Source: Elusimicrobiota bacterium
Lineage (GTDB): Bacteria > Elusimicrobiota > Elusimicrobia > UBA1565 > UBA9628
Direction: 5' to 3'
NCBI GenBank assembly: GCA_016212825.1
Contig: JACRDS010000052.1
Coordinates: 424-64,423, forward strand
DNA length: 64,000 bases
The position numbers and the translations under genes were made by a program. Each line of letters starts with the position of its first letter. Within the stretch, counting starts at the first letter, position 1. This document shows, piece by piece, positions 61,074 through 64,000 of the stretch. The notes beneath the pieces were generated by a model. The model worked only from the letters and a program-made list of their open reading frames with translations. It did no database searches and had not been told where the DNA came from.

Positions 61074-61643
61074 CTACCGCATGGGCAGGAAGGTTAGCCC
61101 CTGCAGATAAGGAGAGACCTTGCCCGCCGTCCGCAGCCGCAAGGCTCTCTCATAGGCGTCCCGCGCCTCCTGCGGGGTCCGGACGCCCCGCACGATCTCG
61201 CTGGCCAGGTTGAGCGCCAGCATGGCCTCGGCCTGGCTCTCGGCCCGAGCGAAGATCTCTTTGCGGTCCTGGGAGACCGTGATCTTGTCGCTGAAGGCGT
61301 CCAACTGGGGGAGCGCCTCCTCCGGGACGGCATAGGCCACGGCCGCCTCGATGATGTCCGTCCCCGACTCGTCGCCCGGGATCTGGTCCCAGACCGCCAC
61401 CTTGTCGAGGAGATGCTTGTCCAGCCAGACCAGCCGGCTGGAGTCGGCCCGGTCCGGCGCGCCGAACTCGTCGAGCAGAGCCGCGGCCGCCATCCGCGAA
61501 TCGGCGGACCAGCCCTGGATGATCGACTCCGCGTCCGCGCGGCGCTGGTCCGCGCTCATCCGCGGCGCCGTCGCGCAGCCCGACATCACGCCCGCGATTG
61601 CTGCCATTGCCATCGCTGCCTGCCATGCATAGCGGATACTCAT
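61074..61643 (-). CDS. hypothetical lipoprotein
   Basis: ATG at 61643 with an AGGAGG SD. Lipobox VMSGC. Confidence 0.55.
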   Translation of the reverse strand: MSIRYAWQAAMAMAAIAGVMSGCATAPRMSADQRRADAESIIQGWSADSRMAAAALLDEFGAPDRADSSRLVWLDKHLLDKVAVWDQIPGDESGTDIIEAAVAYAVPEEALPQLDAFSDKITVSQDRKEIFARAESQAEAMLALNLASEIVRGVRTPQEARDAYERALRLRTAGKVSPYLQGLTFLPMR

Positions 61644-61919
61644 GTTCGTGCACCCTCCTGACACTTCCAGTCTACCAGCGCGGGGTCAGGAAAGGGTCAA
61701 GCCTCGCCGTCCTGTTTGATATTTTATTGACCTTCGCGGGCTGGCCGCGCTCCCCAGGCGCCGCGGGAACGTGCTGCTCCCGCCGCTTCCTGCGGGAGGC
61801 CGTGCGGGGCCGAGACCAGGCCGGGTGCGGCGACCTGAGCGCCGTGCCCGTCTGAAGAGCAAACCGTGACGCCGGCCGGGCGGCCGGCGCCACGTCTCGC
61901 CTGATCCGGGGGTGCGGGG

Positions 61920-62165
61920 CTAGCTGAGGTGCTTGCTGACGAGCTTGGTCATCTCGAACATGTTGACCGTGCCCTTCCCGAAGACGGCCTTCAGGGTCTC
62001 GTCGGCGTTGATGTTGCGCTTGTTCTTGCTGTCCTGCAGCTTGTTCTTCTTGATGTACGCCCAGAGCTTCTTGACCACTTCGGTGCGGGGCAGGGGCTTG
62101 CTGCCGACGACCTTGGCGAGTTCGCTGCTCGGGGTGAGGTCCTTCATGAAAGCGCTCTTGGCCAT
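61920..62165 (-). CDS. SWIB/MDM2-domain protein
   Basis: LAKVVGSKPLPRTEVVKKLWAYIKKNKLQD...INADETLKAVFG is a canonical SWIB domain. AAGGAGAG SD before the ATG at 62165. Confidence 0.85.
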   Translation of the reverse strand: MAKSAFMKDLTPSSELAKVVGSKPLPRTEVVKKLWAYIKKNKLQDSKNKRNINADETLKAVFGKGTVNMFEMTKLVSKHLS

Positions 62166-62247
62166 TGTTGTTCTCTCCTTTAGGTCCGGTCTGAGCATCC
62201 ATTGTGCCTGATTTCTCGTCTTAGGTCAAGGCCGCGGACCTTCCGGA

Positions 62248-62700
62248 CTATTGGTGGGACGACTCGAACTGGCGGCGGGCCGCGATGCGCTCCATCTCGG
62301 CCTTGGCCGCGGGGTTCTGCTTGAGCACGAAATCGAAGTCGGCCGCCACCAAGGTGAAGAGCTGGGCGGGCTCCAGGGCCTTGATGGTGGCGTTGCGCGG
62401 AGTGCGCGAGACCAGGGCGATCTCGCCGAAGAAGCTGCCGGGGCCGAGGGTGGCCACGGTCTTCTTGAAGAACAGGCTCTTGCGCACCTGCACCGCGACC
62501 TGGCCCGTGTGCACGATGTAGAAGGCGTCGCCGACCTCGCCCTGGCGGAACACGGTCTCGCCGGAATCGTAACCGTAGAGGGAGATGTACGGGAGGACCA
62601 TCTCCAGCTGGCCGACGGTCAGGGGGGAGAAGAACTCCACCTTGTGCAAAGTGCGGGCCAGGACGCCCATCTCCGCCTCGCCGACCCTCAGCTTGACCAT
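62248..62700 (-). CDS. cyclic-nucleotide-binding domain protein
   Basis: GEVGDAFYIVHTGQV...FFGEIALVSRTPRNATIKA is a cNMP-binding beta-barrel with a phosphate-binding cassette. Confidence 0.88.
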   Translation of the reverse strand: MVKLRVGEAEMGVLARTLHKVEFFSPLTVGQLEMVLPYISLYGYDSGETVFRQGEVGDAFYIVHTGQVAVQVRKSLFFKKTVATLGPGSFFGEIALVSRTPRNATIKALEPAQLFTLVAADFDFVLKQNPAAKAEMERIAARRQFESSHQ

Positions 62701-62720
62701 TATCCCGATACTACCTTATT

Positions 62721-63641
62721 TCAAGGCCGGAGGTTCTTGAAGCGGCGGTGGATCCAGAGCCACTGGGAGGGGTTGTCCCGGATCATGTCCTCGATGACGC
62801 CCACCAGGCGGGCGTTGGCGCAATCCGGGTCGTCGAGCACGTCCTGGAGGTCCAGCTCCGGGGAGAGGATGATGCGGATCCTCCCGTCGTCGGCGCGCTT
62901 CTGGGTCGCCGGCACCACGGCGGCGCCCGTGCGCACGACCAGGGGGGCGACCGCGGCCAAAGTGTCCACCATGGTCCCGAAGAAGGGGGTGGGGCTGCCC
63001 ATGGGCGGGGGCATGTACTGGTCCATGGCGAAGCCCACGGACTCGCCATGGCGCAGGGCCCGGAGGACCGCGGGCAAAGTCCGGGGCTGGTAGATGCCCC
63101 GGCAGCCGACCGAGTCGCGTCCGGCCTCGATCTGCAGGTGCAGCCATTCGGGCTTGAGGTGCCGGGTCACCAGGAGCAGCGGGATGCCGTGGAGCCCGCC
63201 GATGGCCAGCATCAGCTCCCAGTTGGCGAAGTGCCCGGAGATGAACATCACGCCCTTGCCGCGGGCGGCGGCCTTCTGCCAGTGCTCGAAACCCTCTAGG
63301 ACCGTGATGCGCTTGGCGTAGGTCCGATAGTGGCCCGGGAAGGGGGAGAAGTAGTGCATGAGCTCCAGGGCCAGGGTGCCGTAGTGGCGGTAGTTCTCCT
63401 GCAGGAGCTCCTCGCGCTTCTTTTGGGGGAGCTCGGTCAGGCAGCGGGCCATGTTGTCTCGGCCGACGCGCTTGCGCTTCCAGTCCAACAGGAACAGGAA
63501 GCTCCCCAGAATCCGGCCCAGGGCGATTTCCAGGCCGCGGGGCAGGAAAGAGACGGCTGTCCCGGCGCAGAAGAGGACGACGCGCAGGAAAGCCGAGAGG
63601 ACGGGGCTCACGGGGAGATTATCGCAAATTCGGATGGCCAC
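62721..63641 (-). CDS. lipid A biosynthesis (LpxL/HtrB-type) lysophospholipid acyltransferase
   Basis: N-terminal TM helix, SGHFANWE (HX4D/E-type) motif, C-terminal PSQWLWIHRRFK. GTG start. Confidence 0.8.
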   Translation of the reverse strand: MAIRICDNLPVSPVLSAFLRVVLFCAGTAVSFLPRGLEIALGRILGSFLFLLDWKRKRVGRDNMARCLTELPQKKREELLQENYRHYGTLALELMHYFSPFPGHYRTYAKRITVLEGFEHWQKAAARGKGVMFISGHFANWELMLAIGGLHGIPLLLVTRHLKPEWLHLQIEAGRDSVGCRGIYQPRTLPAVLRALRHGESVGFAMDQYMPPPMGSPTPFFGTMVDTLAAVAPLVVRTGAAVVPATQKRADDGRIRIILSPELDLQDVLDDPDCANARLVGVIEDMIRDNPSQWLWIHRRFKNLRP

Positions 63642-63649
63642 CCCAACGG

Positions 63650-63705
63650 AACCCGCGCCCCCCTCGTAGGGGGGCGCGGGTTGCGCGCGACCTCCGGTCG
63701 CGCGC
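63650..63705 (-). terminator. two abutting GC-rich hairpins between the EF-like gene and the acyltransferase gene
   Basis: AACCCGCGCCCCCC-tcgta-GGGGGGCGCGGGTT (63650-63682) and GCGCGCGACC-tcc-GGTCGCGCGC (63683-63705). No U-tract. The function (terminator or attenuator) is inferred. Confidence 0.45.
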
Positions 63706-63731
63706 CAGTCAACGGCAAGCTTCCCGTTATA

Positions 63732-63986
63732 TCAAGGCACGACCTTGAACACCTTGTCGTGCGGATGGACCTTGGCGGACACCTTGATGCCGACCTGGTC
63801 GCCGGGCTTGGCCTCGGCGACTGGCTTGTGGTCCACCTGCATGGAGTCCACGGCCTGGGTGATGTCGTCGTGGGCGCCCCGGATGTGGATGGTGTCGCCG
63901 ACCTTGAGGGTGTCGGTGAGCGCCACGATGCCGGCGGAGACGTGCGCGAAGTAGTGCGTGATCTTGCCGATCTCTTTTTCGGCCAT
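63732..63986 (-). CDS. small translation-elongation-factor-like (EF-Tu domain 2-like) protein
   Basis: 84 aa. GKITHYFAHVSAGIVALTDTLKVGDTIHIRG...MQVDHKPVAEAKPGDQVGIKV resembles the widespread stand-alone EF-like beta-barrel protein. Confidence 0.65.
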   Translation of the reverse strand: MAEKEIGKITHYFAHVSAGIVALTDTLKVGDTIHIRGAHDDITQAVDSMQVDHKPVAEAKPGDQVGIKVSAKVHPHDKVFKVVP

Positions 63987-64000
63987 AATGCCTCCTGAAT

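Overview
This is a GC-rich, densely coded bacterial chromosomal segment with about 60 protein genes and one tRNA. I found no rRNA, CRISPR array, transposase, integrase or phage genes. All domain calls come from motifs I recognise by eye; no searches were run.

Housekeeping and metabolic content:
- Dispersed histidine-utilisation genes: hutU, hutI and a fused formimidoyltransferase-cyclodeaminase.
- proS, murB, dinB, cobB and an lpxL-type acyltransferase.
- Anaerobe-type O2 detoxification: a flavodiiron protein plus rubredoxin.
- Phosphate butyryltransferase and a GH13 / GT-C / GH13 glucan cluster.
- Two L,D-transpeptidase paralogues and tRNA-Glu(CUC).

Most of the long ORFs antisense to these genes are high-GC shadow frames.

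Most interesting observations:
1. An ECF sigma operon (45709-46894) in which the zinc-binding anti-sigma factor ends in a Flp-pilin-like segment. That segment is clearly paralogous to a free Flp-type pilin gene immediately downstream.
2. A five-gene co-directional string (18610-23772):
   - an AmgK-like kinase fused to a RapZ C-terminal domain;
   - a MurU-like nucleotidyltransferase;
   - a fused Memo-AMMECR1 gene;
   - the AmmeMemoRadiSam radical SAM enzyme;
   - an unassigned Cys-rich ORF.
3. Two families of long palindromic intergenic repeats. One family brackets a DUF2339-DUF3999 cassette.
4. A sequence module shared between a secreted amylase and an unrelated polytopic membrane protein.
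5. A frameshifted caspase-like gene lacking the catalytic dyad, translationally coupled to a TLC-like transporter and followed by a sirtuin gene.
6. A secreted protein with about 10 in-frame Pro-rich repeats and a Trp/Tyr-rich domain.
7. Recurrent -10 boxes placed 6-11 nt before start codons, suggesting leaderless mRNAs.
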